This document shows positions 9,205-18,278 of a stretch of DNA of 64,000 nt, one piece after another. The translations under genes were made by a program, and so were the position numbers. This DNA comes from Gammaproteobacteria bacterium (GTDB taxonomy: Bacteria; Pseudomonadota; Gammaproteobacteria; Ga0077536): the NCBI GenBank assembly GCA_963662545.2, contig CAXXLL010000002.1, forward strand, positions 1,344,001-1,408,000, written 5' to 3'. The notes below the pieces were generated by a model. That model was not told the origin of the DNA, did no database searches, and saw nothing but the letters and a program-made list of their open reading frames with translations. How positions within the stretch are numbered: the stretch's first letter is position 1; each line of letters begins with the position of its first letter.

Positions 9205-10166
9205 GCCGATTTGGCCGCCTGGCGGGCCAGACCGGGGATCTCCGCATCGACGGTCTCGATGTCATCTTGAAACTTGAGCAGAATATTGAGCGTAGAGCGA
9301 ACCAGAGCGGTGTCGAGTTCCTCCGCGTGCAGCAGGACGAGGGTGCGCGCCCAGTCGATGGTTTCGCTGACCGCAGGCACCTTTTTTAAATCGAGTCCGC
9401 GCAGGCTTTGCACGAAAGCGACGAGCTGTGACCGTAGCGATGCCTCCAGTTCGGGTACGCGCGATTCGATGATGCGTTGTTCGAGCTTGCTGTCGGGAAA
9501 CGGAATGTAGAGGTGAATGCAGCGGCGCTTAAGGGCATCGCCGATCTCGCGGGTGTTATTGGAAGTGAGGAAGACGACTGGCGTCGTCACTGCGCGTACG
9601 GTGCCTATTTCAGGAATCGAAATCTGATAGTCCTGTAGTAGTTCCAGTAGAAACGCCTCGAATTCCTGATCGGATTTATCGATTTCGTCGATCAGCAGCA
9701 CCGCGCCGTCCTTCGCCCATAAGGCTTTTAACAGTGGTCGCGGTTCGAGGAATTCTTCGTTAAAAAAGGTGTCGTCGAATTCATGCAGACGTTCGATGGA
9801 TTCCGCGAGGCTTTTCGTCCCGGCCATGAGATCGCCGAGCTTTTCCTTTAGAACCTGCGTGTAGAGCAACTGTTTGCCGTATTTCCATTCGTACAAGGCC
9901 TTGGCTTCATCGAGGCCCTCGTAACACTGTAGGCGGATCAAGGGTTTTTCGAGCAAGCGTGCAGTGGCGTTCGCGAGCTCGGTCTTGCCGACGCCTGGCG
10001 GGCCTTCGACCAGCACGGGTTTCGACAGCGCCTGTGCGAGATAAACCGCGGTCGCGATGCTGTTGCTCGCGATATATCCCGATCGGCCGAATCCGGTTCG
10101 CACGGACTCGATGGCGGCGGCCGCCTGATTGTTTCCCGGTTTGTTCACCTCATTTCCCACTTTCAA
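9201..10166 (-). CDS. MoxR-family AAA+ ATPase (CoxD-like)
   Basis: Walker A GPPGVGKT; RLQCYEGLD; Walker B LLIDEIDK; DALKRRC. Confidence 0.92.
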   Translation of the reverse strand: MKVGNEVNKPGNNQAAAAIESVRTGFGRSGYIASNSIATAVYLAQALSKPVLVEGPPGVGKTELANATARLLEKPLIRLQCYEGLDEAKALYEWKYGKQLLYTQVLKEKLGDLMAGTKSLAESIERLHEFDDTFFNEEFLEPRPLLKALWAKDGAVLLIDEIDKSDQEFEAFLLELLQDYQISIPEIGTVRAVTTPVVFLTSNNTREIGDALKRRCIHLYIPFPDSKLEQRIIESRVPELEASLRSQLVAFVQSLRGLDLKKVPAVSETIDWARTLVLLHAEELDTALVRSTLNILLKFQDDIETVDAEIPGLARQAAKSA

Positions 10167-10395
10167 TGCCGTAAGATGGCGCCCGAGCGTCCTCTAGAGC
10201 TCTACGCTCGGTGTTATACGGGTTCCGATCATAACCTCATGCTCATCGGCTTGCTGCGGCGGAACAAAACTGAAGCCGGCAGTAGTCGACACGGTTTGTA
10301 TGATGTGGCAATGAACTTGGAGTAGAGCCCGGCACTCATCGCCGCGCTGAGATCTACGAGAATAGGTGGTTTGATCGAAAGCATCGAGGGATCCG

Positions 10396-11049
10396 ATGGG
10401 ATTCAGCGCAATACTATGGGATTTCGGCGGCGTTATTACGACCTCGCCTTTCGACGCCTTTAACCGGTTTGAGGCCGAACGCGGTATTCCGCGCGATTTC
10501 ATCCGCAGCGTAAACGCGCGAAATCACGAAACCAACGCATGGGCGCAGTTCGAGTCGAGCCGTATCACGGTTGACGAATTTGACGAACTGTTCGCCGCCG
10601 AAACAGCGGCAGCCGGATACCCAGTCAAGGGACGCGAGGTCATCGGGCTCCTGGACGGTGACCTTCGACCGAGAATGGTCGCGGTGCTCGAGCAATGTAA
10701 ACGCGACTACAAGATCGCGTGTCTGACCAACAACGCCGACGCGGGGAAAGGTGCGGGCATGTCGAGCTCGAGCGACCAAGCCGAACACGTCAAGGCAGTG
10801 ATGCGGCTGTTCGACCTGATCATCGAATCGAGTAAGGAGGGAATTCGCAAACCGGATCCAAGGATCTATGCTTTGGTCTGCGAGCGTCTGGAAGTAGACC
10901 CGGACGAAATTGTCTTTCTCGACGATCTGGGGATCAATCTCAAGCCGGCCCGGGAGATAGGCATGACGACGATCAAGGTGGTTTCGGAAGCGCAGGCGAT
11001 AGCCGATCTCGAAAACGTACTAGGCGCCTCCTTCTCTGCCGCGTCATGA
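10396..11049 (+). CDS. HAD-IA family hydrolase (epoxide hydrolase N-terminal-like phosphatase)
   Basis: WDFGGV, LTNN, RKPDPRIY and FLDDLGINL motifs. Confidence 0.9.
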   Translation: MGFSAILWDFGGVITTSPFDAFNRFEAERGIPRDFIRSVNARNHETNAWAQFESSRITVDEFDELFAAETAAAGYPVKGREVIGLLDGDLRPRMVAVLEQCKRDYKIACLTNNADAGKGAGMSSSSDQAEHVKAVMRLFDLIIESSKEGIRKPDPRIYALVCERLEVDPDEIVFLDDLGINLKPAREIGMTTIKVVSEAQAIADLENVLGASFSAAS

Positions 11050-11134
11050 CACCCCCTTCACCGGGTTCTGATGCCGGCCGGCGGGGTTTCTCCTAACAGC
11101 GTCTTACGAACTTGTTTTTAAAGGGGAGAAAATC

Positions 11135-12151
11135 ATGAAGATCGACTCACTCATGCCGCCGGCCGCGCCGGCGAAAATCGCCGCTCAGGCCAGGGCATTC
11201 GAAGCACAGGGGTTTGACTGCGCATGGACCTTCGAAGCGATGAGCGACGCCTTCCTACCGTTGGCGCATGCCGCCGCGGCGACCGAGCGCCTCGAGATAG
11301 GAACCAACATCGCCGTCGCATTTGCGCGATCACCATTCTCGATGGCACAGATAGCATGGGATCTGCAGCGGGATTCGGGCGGCCGTTTCAGGCTGGGCCT
11401 CGGCACCCAGGTACGCCCGCATATCGAGCGACGGTTCTCCATGCCTTTCGATCATCCGGCCGCGCGCGTTACCGATTACGTTCGTTGCATACGCGCCATC
11501 TGGGATACCTTCCAGAACGGTTCTAAACCTGCCTACGAAGGTCCGTTTTACCGTTTCAAGCTGATGAACCCCTTCTTTCAACCGGGTCCCGTCGAACACC
11601 CGGATATTCCTGTTTATCTCGCCGGTGTAAATCCACGCATGTGCCGTGCGGCGGGCGAGGTGGCCGACGGCTTTCACGTGCATCCTATGCATTCGGCAGC
11701 TTATCTGACCGATATCGTAAAACCGGCCTTGAGCGAAGGAGCGAAGATCAGCGGACGCGACCTCGACGATCTCGAACTCTATTCTCCGGTGTTCGTCATT
11801 ACCGGAGAGACACAGGAGGAGACGGACGCGATGGAACAAACCGTGCGCCAACAGCTTGCGTTCTACGGATCGACGCCGAGCTATGCCGCGGTACTCGAGT
11901 ATCACGGTCAGGGCGAGCTTTCGAAGAAACTGAACAAGCTCATGCGCGAAGGCGACATGGACGCGATGCGCTCGGCCGTACCCGAATCGCTAATCGAACA
12001 CATCGCGATCATCGCCAAGCCCAGTGACGTCGGGTCACGGATTCGGGAACGCTACGAAGGCATTCTTGATCGCGTTTCCTTGTACATGGCGATGGGGGGC
12101 GACGGCGAGTTCAACTGTTGGAACGAGTTGGTTGAGGCAATCCACGCGTAA
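11135..12151 (+). CDS. LLM-class, probably F420-dependent oxidoreductase (TIGR03617-like)
   Basis: GTNIAVAFARSP, GRFRLGLGTQVRPHIERRFS and AFYGSTPSY motifs. Confidence 0.85.
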   Translation: MKIDSLMPPAAPAKIAAQARAFEAQGFDCAWTFEAMSDAFLPLAHAAAATERLEIGTNIAVAFARSPFSMAQIAWDLQRDSGGRFRLGLGTQVRPHIERRFSMPFDHPAARVTDYVRCIRAIWDTFQNGSKPAYEGPFYRFKLMNPFFQPGPVEHPDIPVYLAGVNPRMCRAAGEVADGFHVHPMHSAAYLTDIVKPALSEGAKISGRDLDDLELYSPVFVITGETQEETDAMEQTVRQQLAFYGSTPSYAAVLEYHGQGELSKKLNKLMREGDMDAMRSAVPESLIEHIAIIAKPSDVGSRIRERYEGILDRVSLYMAMGGDGEFNCWNELVEAIHA

Positions 12152-12271
12152 TAGAAATCGTATGGGCATGCGCCGGATCGAAACCGGTTAAATGGTTCCG
12201 GAAACCGCGCGGCGGCGTCTCGGGATAGAATGCGTAGGCGCTAACATCGCGTGTAAGGACTTCAAGCCCGC

Positions 12272-13684
12272 ATGAACATGCTGCACGCCACGACTCGGTT
12301 GCAACGGCGTGTACTAGCGATGGTCGGCGCCAACGCATTTGCGAACGCGCTGCTCGTCTCAACCGTCAACATCGCGCTGCCGGCTATCGCCTCCGATCTC
12401 GCGATCGACGCGACCCTCCTGAACTGGATCCCACTGGTTTTTCTCGCCGCATCTGCGATATTCATCCTGCCGTTTGCGCGTCTGGCCGATCGGCTTGGAC
12501 GCAAACGGGTTTGCCTCGCCGGCATTGTCGGCGTGATGATTGCGTCGACCCTGGCAGCGATTTCATGGTCCGCCGAGATGTTGCTAAGCATGCGCCTGCT
12601 GCAGGGGATCTGCGCGGCCGGCGGCTTTGTTACGGTCATTTCGATCGTCTCCTCGGCGCTGCCGATCCACGTGCGCGGGCGAGGATTCGGCGTCATCGCG
12701 TCGACGATGTATCTCGGTTTGACGCTCGGGCCGCTGCTCGGCGGTTTCGTAGTCGATCATTACGGCTGGCGCTGGACGTTTCTCATCCAGATACCGTTCT
12801 CGGCGATTGCGCTCGGCATCGGCTGGTTTCGCATCAGCGATGAATGGTTTGGCTCGGCCTACGGATCTTTCGATTTCGCCGGTGCGTTCATTTATGGCGT
12901 GGCAATCTTTGCGCTCGCCTATGGCGTCGCATTCTTACCATCCGTCGCGGGCCTGGCATCGATCGCTTTCAGTCTCGCCGCCGTCGCGGGTTTTCTCGCG
13001 TTGGAGATGCGACTCAAAGAACCGCTGCTCAACGTGCGCCTGTTTCAAACCCATCTGACCTTTGCCTATTCCTGCGCCGCGGCCTTTCTGATGTACGCGG
13101 CGACTTTTTCCAACGTCGTTCTGATGAGCCTCTACCTACAGTATCTAAAGGGGATGAGCGCCCAGGTGGCAGGGCTGGTCATGACCGCGCAGCCGCTAGC
13201 GATCGCGATAGGGGCTCCGATCGCGGGACGCCTGTCCGACCGTTTCGAGCCACGTTTCGTGGCATCCGCGGGTATCGCCTTGACCGGTCTGGGCCTCGTC
13301 ATGCTGGCTCTGATTGGACCCAGGACCGAGCTCGCGTACATCGTTGCCAGCCTCGTGGTCTCGGGCATAGGCTTCGCCCTGTTTGCGCCCGTCAACGCCA
13401 ATGCGGTGATGAGTTCGGTGGAACCTGCGCATTATGGTACGGCGTCCGGCGCGCACGCGAGCATGCGTGTGATCGGTCAGATGATCTCGATGATCATCGT
13501 AACCTTGATCTTCGCGCTGGTCATCGGACGGGTGCAGATCACGCCCGCGAATTACGCTGCGCTCGGCCAGAGCATCAGCCTGAGTTTCGGGGTCATGGCG
13601 CTATTGTGCATCCCCGCCGGCTACTTCTCGTTCAATCGGGGTAACATTCGGAATCGCGGTGGCGACACATCATCGATCACCTAA
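12272..13684 (+). CDS. MFS transporter (14-TM DHA2-like)
   Basis: VNIALPAI and RLADRLGRKR motifs; many TM segments. Confidence 0.9.
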   Translation: MNMLHATTRLQRRVLAMVGANAFANALLVSTVNIALPAIASDLAIDATLLNWIPLVFLAASAIFILPFARLADRLGRKRVCLAGIVGVMIASTLAAISWSAEMLLSMRLLQGICAAGGFVTVISIVSSALPIHVRGRGFGVIASTMYLGLTLGPLLGGFVVDHYGWRWTFLIQIPFSAIALGIGWFRISDEWFGSAYGSFDFAGAFIYGVAIFALAYGVAFLPSVAGLASIAFSLAAVAGFLALEMRLKEPLLNVRLFQTHLTFAYSCAAAFLMYAATFSNVVLMSLYLQYLKGMSAQVAGLVMTAQPLAIAIGAPIAGRLSDRFEPRFVASAGIALTGLGLVMLALIGPRTELAYIVASLVVSGIGFALFAPVNANAVMSSVEPAHYGTASGAHASMRVIGQMISMIIVTLIFALVIGRVQITPANYAALGQSISLSFGVMALLCIPAGYFSFNRGNIRNRGGDTSSIT

Positions 13685-13841
13685 GGAACCTCTGAATAAG
13701 TCATGGCCCATCTGCCTGGCCCATGAAATCGCGGAGTCTTAACCGACCAACCTTGCCCATAGTCCCCGCCCGGCGATTGGTGCCTTGATCTGCACCATTG
13801 CATGAACCATTCAGACGCACCATGATTTATTCAGAGGTTCC
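13685..13841. mobile_element. MITE with IS5-like ends (157 bp)
   Basis: 22-bp TIR ggaacctctgaataagtcatgg (1 mismatch); CTAA duplicated at 13681-13684 and 13842-13845; no ORF. Confidence 0.85.
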
Positions 13842-13856
13842 CTAACCAGCGCAAAT

Positions 13857-14426
13857 ATGAGCGATATTTTCGAATCGAAAATCTTCGAACAACGATCCGA
13901 ATGGGTCGAACTATTCGCCGATTCGCGCTTTCGGCAACGATATCGCCTGGTCGGCCCTCGGCTGTTCACCGAAACCGTGGCATCGGTGAACGCGGATATC
14001 AGTGAGGTATGCAGCGCGTTACGAGGGCGGTGGGAGTGGTGGCGTCATGGCCGTTATGACGGCCGTGAGCGGCATGGCGATGGCACGATTCATTACGAAT
14101 TTTGGCCGACAGGATCTGGGATATGTGTGCACGAGGCGATGCATGAAGCACTCGATCTCGGGGGCGGCTCGTTACGATTGCGCATCGACTTGAGCGGCCA
14201 TGCCAACGGCATTGCGTATATCGATCTGACGCCCGCGGCCAAAGGTGCCGTAATGACCGGCCGTTTCGCCGGCGTCACGATCGCGGGTTTACTACCCCGA
14301 CTAATGGGTAGGAGACGCTTCGCCGTCAATCACCTTCTCGCCGAGCGCGGCGCGCTCGGCTTTCCCTTTCGCAGGGGGACCGGATGGGTGGGCTTGATCG
14401 AACAGTTGGAAAAGAGTCGGGCGTAG
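13857..14426 (+). CDS. Hypothetical protein
   Basis: 189-aa ORF filling the gap between the MITE and the convergent gene; no motif recognised. Confidence 0.5.
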   Translation: MSDIFESKIFEQRSEWVELFADSRFRQRYRLVGPRLFTETVASVNADISEVCSALRGRWEWWRHGRYDGRERHGDGTIHYEFWPTGSGICVHEAMHEALDLGGGSLRLRIDLSGHANGIAYIDLTPAAKGAVMTGRFAGVTIAGLLPRLMGRRRFAVNHLLAERGALGFPFRRGTGWVGLIEQLEKSRA

Positions 14427-14493
14427 TCCCGGCTTATTCGATCGGGCACCTCGCGCGGCCGCTCGGAAGTGAGGGCCTGGCGACCACGCTGCT

Positions 14494-14883
14494 TCAGAGG
14501 ACGAGTTCGATCACCGCGCGCCGCTGGTAACGGCCCGACAGCCGTGCAAAGAAATCGCCCAAGCGCATCTGCCATCCATATTTGCGCCGCAAGGCGGCGT
14601 AGACTTCTTCCTTTAATTGCGCATCTTGAATCAATCGGGCGCGTGCATCGATCCCGTCTCCACGGATTCTACCGCGCAGGTCGCAGGCCGCCAGATGCGC
14701 ACGGCCGTTTGCCCGTATGCGCTTTACTTTGCCCGCCTGTCCGGCACTAAAGCAGTAATAATGCGTACTCAATTGCGCGATCCATACGGGCGTGCGGACT
14801 TCACGCCCATCACGGCGATAGGTCGCAAGGCTGACGTAGGCTTCGTCTGCGGGTTCGAAGGGCAGCGTGGGCAGAGCGTTCAT
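14494..14883 (-). CDS. PPOX-class, probably F420-dependent oxidoreductase
   Basis: YVSLATYRRDGREVRTPVW and GKVKRIRAN motifs. Confidence 0.88.
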   Translation of the reverse strand: MNALPTLPFEPADEAYVSLATYRRDGREVRTPVWIAQLSTHYYCFSAGQAGKVKRIRANGRAHLAACDLRGRIRGDGIDARARLIQDAQLKEEVYAALRRKYGWQMRLGDFFARLSGRYQRRAVIELVL

Positions 14884-14970
14884 TCAGCGGAACCTGTAAT
14901 CGTCGGCGCCTTTCTTTTTGATGGCGTTCGTTTCATCGTTTCCTTTCGCTCGCCCGCGATATTCGCCGGC

Positions 14971-15861
14971 CTACCGGTTCTCGACAATCACGCCGCGCAG
15001 CCACTGGTTGGCACTGTCAGAGTCGGTGCTCTTGTGCCAGCAAGCATAGATTTCCGCCGGGGGGATGTCGAAGGGTAACTTCAATACGTTGAGATCGTAG
15101 GCTTCAGCAAGCGAGCGCGGGATGCTGGCGAGGAGGTTGGTCTTTGCCACAATGTGAGGGAGTCCGAGGTGATGCTGGGTTCGCGCGGCGATCGTGCGCT
15201 GTTTTCCTAGACGACGCAGCGCGAGGTCAACTTGGCCGAGTCCACGCCGACGGCTGGAAGCGTGGGCGTGTCCCATCGACAGGTACTGCTTTAGCGTGAT
15301 TCGGCGGCGAATGACCGGGTGGTCACGGCGTACGGCACAAACGTAGGGGTCTTCCATGACTTTTAGTGAAATGATCTGTGGATCGGATAAGGGTAGGGCG
15401 TCCAGTGCGAGGTCGACCTGACCGGAGGCGAGGTCATGCACCATGGACGAGCGCTCCAGCTGGATGATCTCGGTCGACACGCCCGGGGCGAGAGCACCGA
15501 CACTTGCCAACACTTTCGGCATCAGCAGTGCCACGTTGAGATCGCCAGCGAGTATGCGAAACCGGCGATCGGAATTTTGAGCATCGAACACGTCGGCCGT
15601 TTCGATGCTTTCAGTGAGTAGTCGCAGCGCCTTGCGCACGTCGCCGGCTATCGTCGCCGCTAGGGGTGTCGGCGTCATGCCGCTAGCGTTACGCACGAAC
15701 AAGGGGTCGCCGTAGGTACCGCGCAAGCGGGCGAGGGCATTGCTGACCGCCGGCTGGGTCATGTGCAGTACTTCGCCGGCGCGCGTGAGGCTGCCCTCCT
15801 CGTGAATTGCGTGGAAGATGCGAAAGAGATTGAGGTCGATATGTCTGCGGTCCATGGTCAT
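14971..15861 (-). CDS. LysR-family transcriptional regulator
   Basis: IDLNLF...SLTRAGEVLHMTQPAVSNALARLR HTH. Confidence 0.95.
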   Translation of the reverse strand: MTMDRRHIDLNLFRIFHAIHEEGSLTRAGEVLHMTQPAVSNALARLRGTYGDPLFVRNASGMTPTPLAATIAGDVRKALRLLTESIETADVFDAQNSDRRFRILAGDLNVALLMPKVLASVGALAPGVSTEIIQLERSSMVHDLASGQVDLALDALPLSDPQIISLKVMEDPYVCAVRRDHPVIRRRITLKQYLSMGHAHASSRRRGLGQVDLALRRLGKQRTIAARTQHHLGLPHIVAKTNLLASIPRSLAEAYDLNVLKLPFDIPPAEIYACWHKSTDSDSANQWLRGVIVENR

Positions 15862-15904
15862 ATCCTCATCACCCTAGGCGCGCCGGGTCGCGTCCGGGAA
15901 ATTC

Positions 15905-15975
15905 GATCACTATCATTTTAATCTATATTTATATATCACTAATATAAATTATCGTAATTATATAATTCCTACTAG
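15905..15975. promoter_or_regulatory. AT-rich divergent promoter, probable LysR binding region
   Basis: Very AT-rich tract between divergent lysR and acyl-CoA dehydrogenase genes. Confidence 0.5.
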
Positions 15976-16011
15976 CATCGCTCCATCAGAAACCGGATCT
16001 GGGGCCCCATC

Positions 16012-17208
16012 ATGCTTGATTTTCAACCGTCTGAAGAAATTCTAGAGGTCACCGCGCGCATGCGTGAATTCGTCGATCGAGAGCTGCTGCCGCTGGAGCC
16101 AAAGATGATGGAGGAAGGGTTCGGCGCGGTCCTGCCCGAACTCGAGGGAAAGCGCGACCAGGTCAAGGCGCTTGGACTTTGGGCGCCCAACCATCCGCAG
16201 GAGTACGGCGGCATGGGACTGGACCTGGTCGACCATGGCCTGGTTTCGGAGGTCCTGGGCCGTACGCCCATGGGTCATTACACCTTCGGTTGCAATGCGC
16301 CGGATGCCGGTAATATCGAAACAGTGCAACTGTTCGGAACCGCGGAACAAAAAGCGGCATGGCTGCCACGCATGGTGGGGGGTGAGCGCACCTGTTTCAT
16401 CATGACTGAACGCGATAACTCCGGCGCGAACCCGCTATTCCTCGAGACCACTGCCGTACGCGACGGCGACGAGTGGGTCATCAATGGCTCCAAGTGGTTC
16501 ATTACCGGTGCCGAGGGCGCGATGATGGGCCTTGCGATGGTCACGACCGACGCGGACGCCGCACCGCACGATCGTCAGAGCATCATCATCGTGCCGTCTG
16601 AAACGCCGGGGTATGTCGTCGAGAAGAGCACCCCGATCATGGGTCATCCGGGCGCCAGCATCATGGGGCACTGTGAAGTCCGATTTGACGACTGCCGTGT
16701 ACCGTTGACCCATCTGCTGGGTGAAGAGGGTCAGGCGTTTCGCATGGCGCAAGCACGGCTCGGGCCGGGCCGCATCCATCACTGCATGCGCTGGCTCGGC
16801 ATTTGTTCGCGCTCGCTGGATATGATGGTGGAGCGCGCCGCGAGCCGCGTCATCGGTGCCAACGATCGCCGGCTGGCCGACAGCGATATGATCAAGGGCT
16901 GGATCGCCGAATGCGCTGCCGAGATCGACGCGTCGCGCTGGCTTACCCTGTACTGCGCCTGGCGCATCGAGAAGGTCGGCACTAAAGAGGCGCGCAACGA
17001 CATTTCCAAGATCAAATATCATGTGGCGGATGTGCTCATGAAAGTGGTCGACCGGGCGATCCAGGTCCACGGCGCGCTCGGGATCACCGATTACACGGTG
17101 CTCAGTCATTTTTATCGCGAGGATCGTGGATCCCGCATTTACGATGGGCCCGACGAGGTGCACAAGCTGGCCGTGGCGCGGCGGATCCTTAAAGATCAGG
17201 CGGCCTGA
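16012..17208 (+). CDS. Acyl-CoA dehydrogenase
   Basis: APDAGNIE, WVINGSKWFITG, QARLGPGRIHHCMR and RIYDGPDEVH motifs. Confidence 0.93.
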   Translation: MLDFQPSEEILEVTARMREFVDRELLPLEPKMMEEGFGAVLPELEGKRDQVKALGLWAPNHPQEYGGMGLDLVDHGLVSEVLGRTPMGHYTFGCNAPDAGNIETVQLFGTAEQKAAWLPRMVGGERTCFIMTERDNSGANPLFLETTAVRDGDEWVINGSKWFITGAEGAMMGLAMVTTDADAAPHDRQSIIIVPSETPGYVVEKSTPIMGHPGASIMGHCEVRFDDCRVPLTHLLGEEGQAFRMAQARLGPGRIHHCMRWLGICSRSLDMMVERAASRVIGANDRRLADSDMIKGWIAECAAEIDASRWLTLYCAWRIEKVGTKEARNDISKIKYHVADVLMKVVDRAIQVHGALGITDYTVLSHFYREDRGSRIYDGPDEVHKLAVARRILKDQAA

Positions 17209-17246
17209 AGACCGGCTAACCAGCGACATAAATGAGGGGAAATCGG

Positions 17247-18011
17247 ATGGCGCGGGATCATTTTGACCTCAGCGGTAAGATCGCCGTGGTCGCCGGCGCG
17301 AGCCGCGGCATCGGTGCCGAGATAGCGAAGATCCTCGGAGAATACGGTGCTCACGTCATCGCCTGCAGCCGGGATGCGGCACGTTGCAGTGAAACAGTCG
17401 AGGCGATCGCGGCGGCGGGTGGCAGCGCCGAAGCGCAGACCTGCCATATCGGCAAGCTCGATCAGATCGAAGCCCTGTTCGATATCATCGACGCGACCCA
17501 CGGCCGCGTCGATATCCTGGTCAATAACGCGGCCGCAAATCCGTATTACGGGCATATCCTCGATACCGACGTCGGTGCCTTCGAGAAAACGCTGGAAATT
17601 AACCTGCGAGGATTCTTTTTCATGTCGACCGCCGCCGGCCGGCGCATGAGGGCCCAGGGTGGCGGTGCTATCGTCAACGTGGCTTCGGCCGCGGGACTTT
17701 CGCCAGGCGACAAGCAAGGCGTCTATTCGATCACCAAGGCGGGCATCGTCAACATGAGCAAGGCCTTCGCACGCGAGTGCGGGCCGCTCGGTATTCGTGT
17801 CAATACCTTGGTCCCGGGTCTGACACGCACGCGGTTCGCACAGGCCCTCCACGACGATGAGGAATTCATGGCCGCGATGATGCCGCACACGCCGCTTGCC
17901 CGCGGCGCGCAACCACAAGAGATGGCCGCCGCCGTGCTATACCTGGTATCGGACGCGGCGTCCTATACCACCGGCAGCTCGATCGTCGTCGACGGCGGTT
18001 ATCTTGCTTGA
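17247..18011 (+). CDS. Short-chain dehydrogenase/reductase
   Basis: GASRGIG, NNAA and YSITK motifs. Confidence 0.93.
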   Translation: MARDHFDLSGKIAVVAGASRGIGAEIAKILGEYGAHVIACSRDAARCSETVEAIAAAGGSAEAQTCHIGKLDQIEALFDIIDATHGRVDILVNNAAANPYYGHILDTDVGAFEKTLEINLRGFFFMSTAAGRRMRAQGGGAIVNVASAAGLSPGDKQGVYSITKAGIVNMSKAFARECGPLGIRVNTLVPGLTRTRFAQALHDDEEFMAAMMPHTPLARGAQPQEMAAAVLYLVSDAASYTTGSSIVVDGGYLA

Positions 18012-18026
18012 ATCAAGGATGTAATA

Positions 18027-18227
18027 AGGGGACATTCGTCTTTATTCCGAGTGAATAAAGGAACCTCTGAATAAGTCATGGTGCGTGTGAATCGTGCAGA
18101 TCAAGGCACGAATCGCAGGCAATAGCGGTGCCTATTGGCAAGATTCGTAACGCCGATCTGCTCGATTTCAGGCGCGAGGCAGGTGTGCCATGACTTATTT
18201 AGAGGTTCCTAAAGACGAATGTCCCCT
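18027..18227. repeat. REP-like palindrome (21-bp stem) split by a MITE
   Basis: Removing the MITE and one TAAA restores aggggacattcgtctttattc-cgagt-gaataaagacgaatgtcccct. Confidence 0.85.
18060..18209. mobile_element. MITE with IS5-like ends (150 bp), second family copy, inverted relative to 13685-13841
   Basis: TIR ggaacctctgaataagtcatgg / ccatgacttatttagaggttcc; TAAA duplication; shared internal gtgcagatcaaggcac. Confidence 0.85.
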
Positions 18228-18278
18228 ATATTGCGACCGGTGCGCAACGATTAAGCATCGCTATCGATTCCTCCGCTC

